This document shows positions 36,228-45,500 of a stretch of DNA of 64,000 nt, piece after piece. The first letter of the stretch is position 1; each line of letters begins with the position of its first letter. The translations under genes were made by a program, and so were the position numbers. Source of the DNA: a virus (taxonomy: Duplodnaviria; Caudoviricetes); IMG/VR virus record IMGVR_UViG_3300031949_000024, positions 5,678 through 69,677 of that record; one strand, given 5' to 3'. Below the pieces are notes generated by a model that was not told where the DNA came from, did no database searches, and worked only from the letters and a program-made list of their open reading frames with translations.

Positions 36228-37010
36228 TCACCAACACCGACTGCCGCACCGAGGCGGGCATCACGGTGGGCCTCGTCGACGCGATCATCACGGCCGCCCG
36301 GGTGCTCGTAGCGCGCGACCTGAGCCCGTCGGCGGTACGCGAAGCCCTGGCCGATCTGCGCCAGGACGAAGACGTGGCCGCGCTGCTCGCCGCCGAAGCA
36401 GCTGTGAGCGCGGCATGCAAGGAAGAGGTCTGGTCCTGGGACCACTTCCGGGACTCCCAGGTCGACGGGTACTGGATTCGCTGCTCGCTGACCGGCCCGC
36501 ACCTTGAGCACGAGGACTCCCACACCGGCCTGACGTGGCCCGCACTGGTCACGGCATGAACCCGCTCTGGTCCTTCGCCCTGGCGACCATCGGTGTGACC
36601 GGCCTGCTCATTGCGGCCACGCGACCACGCATCGGCTGGTGGTTCAACATTGCCGCGCAGGCCGCCTGGGTTGCCTATGCCGTTGCGACCCGGCAGTGGG
36701 GTTTTCTCCTCACTGCCGTTGCCTACGCGGCCGCTTATGTGCGCCTGCTCCGCTCGGCCCGTCGAAAGCCCGTCCCCACCACCCCGAGGCAGCCGTGAAG
36801 CGGGAGGTCAAGTCTGAGATCGTCACCGTGCGCCTGACCCCGTCGGAGCGTCGCCGGCTCGACGAGATCGGCGGCGTGGCCGAGGTGCTGCGCCGCGCGC
36901 TCCAGCCGCACCGCCCCGAGGCGCCGGCGAGCACGGCCAGCGCGCGGTCGTTCGTGGTCTGGCAGGACGGCACAGTCGGCCAGAGTTGGCCTGCACTGGC
37001 GAGCGCCTGA
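36224..37010 (+). other. Three small coupled genes: hypothetical (36224-36559), membrane protein (36556-36798), RHH-like (36795-37010)
   Basis: RTGA overlaps; the third has IVTVRLTPSERRRLDE. Confidence 0.5.
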
Positions 37011-37282
37011 TGGGCGCCAGCACGGCCGGCTGGCGGCTGGCCCGGCCCGGTGATACGCCCGGACAGTTGGAGCCGGAGGCGGCCGTGGGCGACGGCTGAG
37101 GACTTCTTTCCGCCACGCTATCGAAGTGCTTCGACGCTGAACGCAAAAGAGGCCGCCAGCCACGGGATCGCTCCCGGGCTGGCGGCCCCATTGCGCGCGT
37201 TTCTTTGTTAAGGACAATTAAATAAGGCCGGCCGAATACTCTATGTAGAGGCTCATACTTTCGGTCAACTGTGTGCAGGCAC

Positions 37283-37326
37283 AAAAAAAAGCCCGGCCGC
37301 CGTGAGGCAGCCGGGCTCCTTTCTTC
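37283..37326. terminator. Probable bidirectional intrinsic terminator
   Basis: A8-GCCCGG..GCC-GTGA-GGC..CCGGGCT-CCTTTCTT, between convergent gene sets. Confidence 0.75.
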
Positions 37327-37331
37327 GTCTC

Positions 37332-37952
37332 TCACACCTTCGGTGTATCCGCCATCAACGCCCGCCCGTTCAGTCCTTCCGAGGACGGCCCCTGCGTCTG
37401 CGGTCCGCTGAGACCACCTCGCGGCCCCAGCTTCACCCGGCGCGTCACGTCATGGAGCACCACCGGCTCTGGGTCCGACGCCTGTACCGTCACGGGTCCA
37501 CCCAGCGTCTCCACCACCACCTCACTCTTCTCCACCACCGCTTCGACCTTCTCGATGAGGGAGCGCAGCTTCGCGGCCAACTCGACCAACGAAACCGACG
37601 CCACCACGATCAGACCATCTACGGTGACAGGAATGAGGTAGGGCGAACTACCAGTCTCGCCGTACCGGCCGACAACGCCGACCATGTGCCAGTAGGACAC
37701 CCACGCCGCGATACCCGCAATCGTCGCCGTAGCAACGATCCGGACAACCGCCAGAAGCGGTCGCGTGATCGGGATCCGTGAGACCAGCTCAATCGTCAAC
37801 AGCAGCGCCACAGGCGGCCATGCCGAGATCGTCCGGCTGATCAGGTTCGGTTCTGCATGGAGGATGTTCGCGGCCACGGAAGCTGCGATGCCGAGGAGAA
37901 GAACCATTCTCACGGCCCACCGAAGAAGCTTGAGTTCGCCGATGTTGGACAT
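37332..37952 (-). CDS. DUF2637-like membrane protein
   Basis: AASVAANI, SAWPPVALLL, AAWVSYWHM, PYLIPVTVDGL. Confidence 0.75.
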   Translation of the reverse strand: MSNIGELKLLRWAVRMVLLLGIAASVAANILHAEPNLISRTISAWPPVALLLTIELVSRIPITRPLLAVVRIVATATIAGIAAWVSYWHMVGVVGRYGETGSSPYLIPVTVDGLIVVASVSLVELAAKLRSLIEKVEAVVEKSEVVVETLGGPVTVQASDPEPVVLHDVTRRVKLGPRGGLSGPQTQGPSSEGLNGRALMADTPKV

Positions 37953-38053
37953 CGGCACCCCCTTTCAGGGGTCGCCCCCGCCCGTCGCGGGAGGTGTGTG
38001 CGAGCCGGCGCATCGAAGCTGCCGTCCGTGTTCTCTGGCTCGCCGTTCAGATT

Positions 38054-38120
38054 TGGTGTCCCCGACCGGGATCGAACCGGTCGCTGCGCCTGACGGGGGG
38101 CGCGGCACGCCTTGCGGGAC
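38054..38120 (-). ncRNA. tRNA-like element (intact T-arm, acceptor 3' strand and CCA; D-arm absent or degenerate)
   Basis: Minus strand reads ACCGG-TTCGATC-CCGGT-CGGGGAC-A-CCA; an upstream GCGCC/GGCGC stem has a non-canonical 8-nt loop. Confidence 0.45.
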
Positions 38121-38365
38121 AGGTGCCAGATGCGCTCTGGGCGGGCGGCGCCACGATTCCCGCGGCTGCTCCGTTCTCCTGATTCCCCGGAACCGGTAGA
38201 CACCTCTCTCGGCGTGCCGTCCCCCGCCCTTACGCTGGCGGCGCGGCCACCGTTTTACCCTCCGGCGGTCCCTGGGCGTCGATTGAGGCTCGACGGCTGG
38301 GCCTTGGCCTGACGGCCACGGCAAGGCGTAAAGGCGATTCGCCTTACGCCGCCCCACCGAAGAGG

Positions 38366-38518
38366 TCAGGACTCAAGCTCGGCACCGCACTCCGGGCATT
38401 CCGTGTGGTGGTCGCGCATGCGCGGGTGGTCACACTCGATGTCCTCGTTGTCGTCGCCGTACTCGCTCTCGTCGGCGAATTCGAGCGTCTCGAGCTCGTC
38501 GTCCTTCACGTTGGCCAC
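38366..38518 (-). CDS. Small acidic Zn-ribbon protein
   Basis: GGAAGGGAGG SD; CDH...CPECG. Confidence 0.6.
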   Translation of the reverse strand: MANVKDDELETLEFADESEYGDDNEDIECDHPRMRDHHTECPECGAELES

Positions 38519-38607
38519 GATGGCCTCCCTTCCTGGCCTGACGGCCATGGCGGCGGCTCGGACCTTTCGGGCCGAGCCCCACCGGAGGTGTCAGGGACTG
38601 GTGTGGG

Positions 38608-38820
38608 TCAGAGGCCCAGTGCTTCCGCTTGGCGGTAGGCGTTCCGGATGTGCTCCGCCTGCTCGTCGGTCAGTTCCGCGTACGGCGCGATGCCGCCCGA
38701 CTGAACTCCCGTTTCGACGTCGAGGTCGTTGGCGTAGCTGGTGACTACCTCCATCGCCTCGGCGTGCTTCGGGCCGCCGCCGACTCCACACAGTTCCTCT
38801 GCCAGTTCGATGACCTGCAT
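38608..38820 (-). CDS. Small hypothetical protein
   Basis: GAGAGGAG SD; MQVIELAEELCG. Confidence 0.6.
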   Translation of the reverse strand: MQVIELAEELCGVGGGPKHAEAMEVVTSYANDLDVETGVQSGGIAPYAELTDEQAEHIRNAYRQAEALGL

Positions 38821-38900
38821 GTGTTGCTCCTCTCGTTGTGGTGCTGGCCTGACGGCCACGGCGTGTGCTGGGCTTGCTGGTTCCAGCACCGCCGAAGGTG

Positions 38901-39086
38901 TCAGGACTGCTCTGCTCGTCGCCGCTTCGACTCCTCGTAGAGCGGGGTCCAAACCTTGTCCTGGACCAGTTCCCGCTGTCCCTTCGGAAGCTTGTCGACG
39001 ATCTCGCCGATGAACTGAAGCGCGTCGGACAGGCCGGCGAGCCGCCCCATCGCGTAGTCCTTCTCGAACCTCTCTGCGGCGTCCAC
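38901..39086 (-). CDS. Small helical hypothetical protein
   Basis: GGAGGGAGAGG SD. Confidence 0.6.
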   Translation of the reverse strand: MDAAERFEKDYAMGRLAGLSDALQFIGEIVDKLPKGQRELVQDKVWTPLYEESKRRRAEQS

Positions 39087-39450
39087 TGTGGACCACCACC
39101 TCTCCCTCCGACGTGCCGTCCCTTGTGGACGGATGAGTGAGCGGCAGGGGTTCGACGCCCTGCCGCCCTTCGATCACCGCGGGAGTGCGGTGTCGCGCTG
39201 CCCCGGGGCGGTTCCTTGCTCGGCGTCTGCGTCTCGTGCGTCCGTGTCAGCTAGTGGCGCGAGTCGCTCGGGGCTGTCCCCGGCGTTGTCCGCGCATGCC
39301 TGACCTCGTTCTCGTGATCGCTTGGCTTTCGTCACCACACGCTGGTGGCTTGGTTCCCGACGCGGTTCCTGCTGCCCTTTCGGGTCCCGGTGTCTCCGCG
39401 GTGGTCTGTGCTTCTGGAGTTTTGAGGTCTTCGTTTCTTGCTCTGTCTCT

Positions 39451-39475
39451 AGTATAGCAGCGCCAGCGCTGCTAT
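39451..39475 (-). promoter_or_regulatory. Leftward -10 box TATACT overlapped by a perfect palindrome ATAGCAGCGC-CA-GCGCTGCTAT
   Basis: TATACT on the minus strand at 39456-39451; palindrome at 39454-39475. Confidence 0.65.
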
Positions 39476-39527
39476 CGCCACCCAGGAAGGAGGAAAGGCA
39501 GCGCTAGGGCTGTCGGGTTCCTGACAG

Positions 39528-39719
39528 TTACAAGGAGGAGGACCGGGCCGGATGCGCCTCGCGGTACGCCAGCACCGTGTCCCGACGCCACCACGGCGTC
39601 CGCAGGTCATAGTGACCGTCCGGCTTGAACCGCTCATTACGGGCCACCACGGCACGCCAACTAGCCGGCGCAATACCCAGCAGGGCCGCGGCCTCAGCAA
39701 CAGTCAGACGGTCTTCCAC
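39528..39719 (-). CDS. Small HTH (AlpA/excisionase-like) protein
   Basis: LTVAEAAALLGIAPASW...TPWWRRDTV. Confidence 0.7.
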   Translation of the reverse strand: MEDRLTVAEAAALLGIAPASWRAVVARNERFKPDGHYDLRTPWWRRDTVLAYREAHPARSSSL

Positions 39720-39803
39720 ACTCCAAGACTGACAGCGCTAGCGTGGCAAGTCAAGCCGATCATCCGAGGTGATCTCATGCCACCGTCTGCCACCCTGACC
39801 GGC

Positions 39804-40034
39804 ATGACCGTGCCCATCATCCCCGGACCCAACCAGCCCGAGCCTCTGCCCCAAGCGGCCAAGCCACCCAAGGTCCGGTACACCGGAGCCGACAAACGCC
39901 CCACCGTGGCCATCCTCGTCGGGCTCATCGCGTTCTGCGGCAGCGGTCAACTACTCGCCTTCCCGGTGCCACTCCTCCTGGCCGCGTTGTGCGCTGCCCT
40001 TGCCTGGGTGCTCACACCCAAGCCGCAGCCCTGA
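39804..40034 (+). CDS. Small membrane protein
   Basis: Pro-rich N-terminus and two hydrophobic segments. Confidence 0.5.
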   Translation: MTVPIIPGPNQPEPLPQAAKPPKVRYTGADKRPTVAILVGLIAFCGSGQLLAFPVPLLLAALCAALAWVLTPKPQP

Positions 40035-40054
40035 GCGAACAACCACAGGGATCT

Positions 40055-40240
40055 TCACAGCCACCACCTCATCGCGTCTGCCCCGCCCGGCCACACAGGC
40101 TCAGGACGGGGCAGGTCTGCTATGTGCCCGAACCACGTCGCGTAGGTCCGGCACGGGCCGATGCCGTGGCACTCCTCGCAGGCGCCCGCGGCGTGCTCGT
40201 CGCGGACCTGGACGGCCATACGCAGCTGCTCGGGGCTCAC
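40055..40240 (-). CDS. Small Cys/His protein (H...CEEC...PC)
   Basis: Third gene of a coupled micro-operon. Confidence 0.55.
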   Translation of the reverse strand: MSPEQLRMAVQVRDEHAAGACEECHGIGPCRTYATWFGHIADLPRPEPVWPGGADAMRWWL

Positions 40241-40338
40241 CGGAGCACCTGGACAAGCCAGGCGACGAGCCAGTAGGTGACCGCGGCCCAGATGGCTACC
40301 ACGACGGCGATACGCCTACCTATGTTGTCCAGGTTCAT
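40237..40338 (-). CDS. 33-aa membrane peptide
   Basis: MNLDNIGRRIAVVVAIWAAVTYWLVAWLVQVLR; ATGA and GTGA coupling. Confidence 0.5.
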   Translation of the reverse strand: MNLDNIGRRIAVVVAIWAAVTYWLVAWLVQVLR

Positions 40339-40412
40339 CGGAGCAACACCAGCAGGACCATCACGCCCAGGACGAACCCCGGGAAACTGTCCACGATCCG
40401 TTCAAACTTCAC
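40335..40412 (-). CDS. 25-aa membrane peptide
   Basis: GAGGGGAG SD; MKFERIVDSFPGFVLGVMVLLVLLR. Confidence 0.5.
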   Translation of the reverse strand: MKFERIVDSFPGFVLGVMVLLVLLR

Positions 40413-40595
40413 GACGGCTCCCCTCGGTGCTGAGACCTGAAGGTGCGGCGACCGGGCGCCCCTCGCCGGATGGAGCCGCGAGTTTCCCGGCCGCCGCCGA
40501 ACTAGCTTCGCATACTAAGTACTATGGTCACAATGAGAGTGACAGGAATGGGGAGTATCCGCAGGCCAAGGCCGCGCCTGGCAAGGTCCAGGACT

Positions 40596-40832
40596 GTGCC
40601 CGCCGTGCCTCTCTACCGCCGTATCGCCGACGCCTACCGTGCGCGGATCGTGGCCGGCGTGTACGTCCCGGGTGAGCAGTTGCCTGGTCAGAAGGCCATC
40701 GCCGCAGAGTGGGACTGCTCGCTGCAGCCGGTGAAGTGGGCGCTGCGGGAACTCGAGTTGGCCGGGCTGATCGAGTCGCGGCAGGGTATCGGCGCGTTCG
40801 TCAAAACGGACGCTGGATCCGCCGACACGTAG
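40596..40832 (+). CDS. GntR-family winged-HTH regulator (DNA-binding domain only)
   Basis: PLYRRIAD...I..G.Y.PG..LP....A....S...V..AL..L...GLIESRQGIGAFV. Confidence 0.88.
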   Translation: MPAVPLYRRIADAYRARIVAGVYVPGEQLPGQKAIAAEWDCSLQPVKWALRELELAGLIESRQGIGAFVKTDAGSADT

Positions 40833-40890
40833 GACGTGAGGGCGCCCGGTCGTTCGCTTTGCGCGAGCGGCCGGGCGCCTTCATGCTGTC

Positions 40891-41754
40891 TTACGCCGCT
40901 TCGGCGGCGGGTCTGGGCCGGATAGACGCCGGCCCAGGCTCCACCACTCGGGTGGGCTCATTCAGGTGGGGCAGCCGCCCGACCGCGGCGGTCAGGTCTT
41001 CGTCGTCGAACTCCAGGTAGATCTGGGTGGTGGCGACCGACGAGTGGCCGAGCAGGCGGGCAATCGTCGCCGTGTCGACGCCCATCCGCCGGAGTCGGGT
41101 CGCGAACGCCCCACGAAACCAGTGGATCGTCAACCTCGGCTCACCCATGCGGTCGAATGCCGTCGCGCAGGTTCGGGTCACCCAGCTTGCGGTCACGCTC
41201 TCGCCGTTGTGCGTGACGAGCGGCCCGTCCGTGCAGTCTCCGATCTCCTCCCATACGTCGTCGAGGAGCGGCACGGCCCGGCCTACCTCACCCTTGCCGA
41301 GGATCAGGACCCGCTCCTCGTTGAAGTCCTGGCGGTCGGCGCGGGCGATCTCACCGGCCCTCATGCCCGCGCCTGCGGCGAGGATGACGCATCGGCGCAC
41401 CGGGTGGCCGAGTTCGGCCAGGCAGCGGCGCAACTGGTCGTCGCTCGCTACGCGCGGGAGACGTTTTTTTGGGCGTGGGCGCCTCAGTTCGGCGCTGGGG
41501 TCCCAGTCCATCCAGCCGTCTCGCACGACCTGACGGTAGAAGCCGATCATGTGGCACCAGTAGGTTTCGCGGCTCTTGGTGTTGATGCCCTCTCGGCCGA
41601 GCCAGGTTCGGAGTTCTCGTGTCGACGCCTCGTCGACGCCCTTGGGTAGTTCGCGGTCGAGGGCCAGGAGCAGTCGTTCCCGATCCCGCACCGTTGCGGC
41701 TGACGCCCCTTCAGCCCGGAGGGCTGCGAGGTGGTCGTAGATGAGTTCTGACAT
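40891..41754 (-). CDS. int: Tyrosine integrase/recombinase lacking an arm-binding domain
   Basis: Catalytic set GMRAGE (R), GKG (K), HWFR (HxxR), LGH, TQIY; C-terminus AAEAA. Confidence 0.92.
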   Translation of the reverse strand: MSELIYDHLAALRAEGASAATVRDRERLLLALDRELPKGVDEASTRELRTWLGREGINTKSRETYWCHMIGFYRQVVRDGWMDWDPSAELRRPRPKKRLPRVASDDQLRRCLAELGHPVRRCVILAAGAGMRAGEIARADRQDFNEERVLILGKGEVGRAVPLLDDVWEEIGDCTDGPLVTHNGESVTASWVTRTCATAFDRMGEPRLTIHWFRGAFATRLRRMGVDTATIARLLGHSSVATTQIYLEFDDEDLTAAVGRLPHLNEPTRVVEPGPASIRPRPAAEAA

Positions 41755-41860
41755 GCCTGGATGCAACTCCCAATCGGCAACGGCAAGTGACAACTTTTCA
41801 GTCCGTAACAGGAACGACACAGTCCGTCATCGTTGGATGATCGGCTGACCTGAATGTGGC

Positions 41861-42241
41861 TTAGGCGGTGATGCGGTCACGCCTGTCGATACGTCGAGGT
41901 CGGCGCTCTTCGCCTGGGCGCGTCGAGGCCCGTCGCCAGTAGGCAACCCTAAGCCGCCGCGGCTTGTCCGGGCTGGCCAGAGGTCCGCCGTGGAGTAGCC
42001 AGTCACGGTCGACTGCCAGGCCCTCGGCGATGGCTTCAGCGTCTTCGACCATCGTCCGTGAACGCATGCCGCGTTCCCAGTTGGCCCAGTTGGCGTCGTT
42101 GAGGCCGCAGCGTTCGGCTGCGGCCCGCTGGGAGAGGTGTCCTGCATGTGCCCGCGCCAGGATCAGACGGTTCGCGTACGAGTCCTCCGGGACTCGCGCC
42201 ACGACCCTGCCCTCGCGCCCCTCGTCCGTGCTCTCGGTCAT
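41861..42241 (-). CDS. Immunity repressor (XRE HTH) with a ~40-aa C-terminal extension
   Basis: RLILARAHAG.LSQRAAAERCGL....WANWERG...WLLHG; divergent from cro. Confidence 0.82.
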   Translation of the reverse strand: MTESTDEGREGRVVARVPEDSYANRLILARAHAGHLSQRAAAERCGLNDANWANWERGMRSRTMVEDAEAIAEGLAVDRDWLLHGGPLASPDKPRRLRVAYWRRASTRPGEERRPRRIDRRDRITA

Positions 42242-42247
42242 GAACTC

Positions 42248-42363
42248 ATGTTTGTCAGTGGCCAACCGGTTTGTCAACGACAAGTGATCGGGTCAACGGT
42301 GAACTTTTCGCGGTAGTCAATCATGCTTGCGGGGTTGCGGTGAAAGTGCGGCAGTGACAAACT
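42248..42363. promoter_or_regulatory. Divergent leaderless promoters of repressor and cro, with TTTGTCA/TGACAAA operator-like repeats
   Basis: Minus: TTGACA (42277-42272), 18 nt, AAACAT, 7 nt before ATG 42241. Plus: TTGCGG (42335-42340), 17 nt, CAAACT, 7 nt before GTG 42370. Confidence 0.5.
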
Positions 42364-42369
42364 AGCGCC

Positions 42370-42576
42370 GTGACCCAGCAGTCGACCCTGTATCAGTTGA
42401 TCGAGGCCCGCCTCGACGTCTCCCTCGCGGAGTACGTCGCGGCGGGCCTTTCTGCGCGCAAGAGCTGGCGCATCCTGGCCGCCGACATCGAGCAGGAAAC
42501 CAACTGCGTCGTCTCGTGGGAGACCCTGCGCAACTGGTTCAAGGACCGGATCACGGTTGAGGTGAAGGTCGCATGA
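42370..42576 (+). CDS. Cro-like protein
   Basis: L...V.......SWR.LA.DI.......VSWETLRNW pattern; divergent from the repressor. Confidence 0.7.
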   Translation: MTQQSTLYQLIEARLDVSLAEYVAAGLSARKSWRILAADIEQETNCVVSWETLRNWFKDRITVEVKVA

Positions 42577-45500
42577 GGCCGCCGGGACGCCGTGGTGGCG
42601 GAGGCCGTAGCCCAAAGGTCCGGGGCGGCGGTGGCCGGGGCGGCGTCTCCCGCGGCGGAGGCGGATCGAAGGGTGACGGCTGCGCCGTGCTCGTCGCTGT
42701 CGGCTCCGGCCTGATGATCCTGTCCGGTGCCGCCGGCATCGCCCTCGCGGCGGTGATCCGATGACCGACCTCGACAAGCCACGCCTGCCCTCCCCGCCCC
42801 AGGCCTACCCGACTTCCCTCCCCGCCGCACAGACGGCCACCGGCGTTTCCCCCAGCGACCTCACGCCGGTGAATGGCAGCGCACCAAGCGGTCCTCTCCA
42901 TGGCACCGCCGCGCAGCCAGCGTCCCCCTTCCCTGCTGGACTCGGGGAGGGTGGACGTGGTCCCTGGATCTCCGGTGACGAATACCGGCTGGTGGCGTGG
43001 CAGCCGCTCACGGACCGGCTTGGGCGGGTCAGGTCCCGGGCCGTCGCCGTGGCGATCCGTACGAGCGTCGGCTGGCATGTGCCCACCGGCCGGGAGTTGG
43101 TGACGCAGGCCCGGCAGTCCATGCCCAGCCCGCGGTTGAGCCTGCGCCGGTCGTGGGTGTCTGCCGATAGCCGGGCTGAGGCTGAGGAGCTTCTGGCGTA
43201 CGTAGCGAGGCGGGCGGCATGAGCGAGATCACCGTCCGCGCGGTGGACATCTACGCGCCCGTCGGCGCTGGCGGGTCGATCGTTGTCGGCGCCGGTGAAG
43301 GCATCGTCGACGTCGCGAAGCTCGTGGCCGGCTTCACCCTCGAAGGCAGCGCCAACACGATCCCGGAACTGACGCTGCGTCTCACGCTGACCGCGAAGGT
43401 CCGGGCCGGCGCTCACGTCCAGGTCGACGCCGAGACGGCCGCCCTGCTGGTCGAGCTCGGCTGGACAGCTCCCGTGCTCGCCGCCCCCGGCTGAGCACGG
43501 GTTCCCGCAGCCACTTCCCCGGCTGCGGAAGGGGAGACGGACCCAGCCTTTCCAGGGGTGGGGGCCAGGGTCCGTCTCCCACCTAAGACCTACACCAACA
43601 AGACCTGACTGGAGATCGACGTGAAGTACGTCAAGGCCAAGGAGCTGAACCAGGGCGAGCGCTACCTCCTCGGAGGCAAATGGCGAACGGCCACCACGAT
43701 CGTGCCCGGCTTCAACGTCGTCGCACTCATCGAAGAGACCGGCGACGTCAACGAGGTCAGCCCTGAGCACGAGGTGCTGACCGAACGCGACTGACCCCAA
43801 TCTCTCGCGGCTTTGCCAGCCACATGTGCCGCGAGAAGGGGGTGGGCTTCCGGGCTCAGGCGCACACAGGAAGCCCGCCCCCAGCACCAGCAAGAGAAGA
43901 GCCACACATGAGCAAGGAAGACAACGCCCGCCAGCAACGCGAGATCCGCGAACGCCTCGCCAGGGCCGAGCGGGAACGCACCGAACGTGAACGTGAGGCC
44001 CGGATCCGCGAAGAGCAGGTCAGGGAGCAGCAGCGGGCGCACGAGCGTCAGGCCGCGGAAGCGCGCCGGGCCGAGGAAGAACGCAAGCGCCGGTACCACG
44101 AGAAGGGCTGAACAAGCCGAAGCGCCCCGCCACATGGTTTGCGACCGACGGAGCGCTACGAACGAAGGGATCTTAGCAATGGGCACCAGAGTCGACTTCT
44201 ATGTAGGTCGCGGCGAGCAGGCAGAGTGGCTTGGCTCGTACCCGTTCGACGGCTACCCGGACGGGGTGTTCGGCGACGTCCGTGACAACCCGGAACTCTG
44301 GGACGCAGGCGATGCGCCCGTACGCGAGGAGGACTGGCGAGCGTTCGTGGCGAGCGTCCTTGCTGAGGGCGGCGAAGCCTCTACGACACCGGACATGGGC
44401 TGGCCGTGGCCGTGGGAGACCAGCGCCACGACCGACTACGCGTACGCATGGGACGAGGGGACGATCTACGGGTCGTCCTTCGGCGACGCATGGTTCCAGG
44501 TGGACCCCACTGCCGAGGACTTCGGCCAGCCCGAGGACGAGGACGATAACGGTGGTGGGACGGCCGTGTTTCCGGACATGACCAGCCGGATGGCCGCCAC
44601 GCTCGGTCCGCGCTCCGGCGTCATCGTCATCGGGCCGTCGTCATGACCTCCAACGTTATGGACAAGCCCGACCGCCGCGCCGAACTCATCGCAGACCTTC
44701 GCCGTCTCGCCGACTGGCTGGAGGCCAACCCGGAAGTCCCGGTCGGCCCGTACCCGTACGTCGAACTGGCCCACTACCCAGACCGCGAAGGCGACGGCGC
44801 ATCGTTCGCCGAGGTGGACCGGATCGCCGCACTGATCGGGGTAGAAGTCGAGGTCTCGGGCCGCGAGGGCCACCGGTCGGCGCGCAAGGTTCTCGGCCGC
44901 GCCTCCTACAGGGCCGTTGCGGTTCCGGACCGGGCGATGGCCGAGCACGAGGCGCTCCAGTCATATCGCGGCCTGGTTGAGCCGGCAGGTGTCCGATGAG
45001 CGTGCCCGGACCAGACAAGCCCGGAACAGGAGCAGACCTCCTACGAGAGGCAGCCGAACGGCTCCGCGCTAAGGCCAACGAGGCTCAGCACAAGCGCCCG
45101 TGGTGTCCGGAGTACACATGGGCGGCGGTGCGGCATGTTCAGCGCAACGTCGAGGTCGAGTGTGCCGACCACGGCGACGACCCGGACGCGGAGTGCTTCT
45201 CCTTCGACATGTACGACGGCCATTACGTGGCCATGATGCACCCGCCGGTAGCGCTCGCGCTGGCCGACTGGCTGGACCTCGCGGAGCAGGCACTCAGGCC
45301 ATGGGAGGCGGCGGGCCACGAACTGACCCGCACCGACGAGAGGGCGGTCGCTGTCGCTCGTGCTGTCCTACGGGAGGGAGAGTCATGAGCCCGGACGGCT
45401 ACTGGACGCACGGCTACGACATGGGCGCCGCCGCCGTGGAGGGCATGTTCAGCCCGGCCCTCTGCGCCTACTGCCAAGGCGTCTACGACCTCGGCAAGGT

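Larger units (their letters stand above)
38305..38908 (-). repeat. Three intergenic elements: TGGCCTGACGGCCAYGGC plus variable hairpin plus GTCAGG (38305-38373, 38534-38599, 38845-38908)
   Basis: An 18-mer with one variable position occurs three times; each is followed by a different inverted repeat and a CC(A/G)CCG..AGG.(TG)TCAGG box. Confidence 0.85.

Noticed and set aside
36735-37335. Minus-strand ORFs across the AT-richer spacer
   Set aside because: They overlap plus-strand genes and the terminator, with no motifs. The spacer could be a promoter or att site, but no core repeat was found.
38054-38598. tmRNA, or a single long tRNA-like RNA paired via GTCCCTG at 38592-38598
   Set aside because: The acceptor lacks Ala identity (no G3:U70), and the complementary heptamer is part of a repeat unit and probably coincidental.
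38305-38908. CRISPR array interpretation of the 18-mer repeats
   Set aside because: Spacing is irregular (about 230 and 310 bp), the intervening DNA encodes genes, and no cas genes are present.
39141-39166. Plus-strand GGTTCGAC hairpin as a tRNA T-arm
   Set aside because: The loop is non-canonical and there are no acceptor or anticodon arms.
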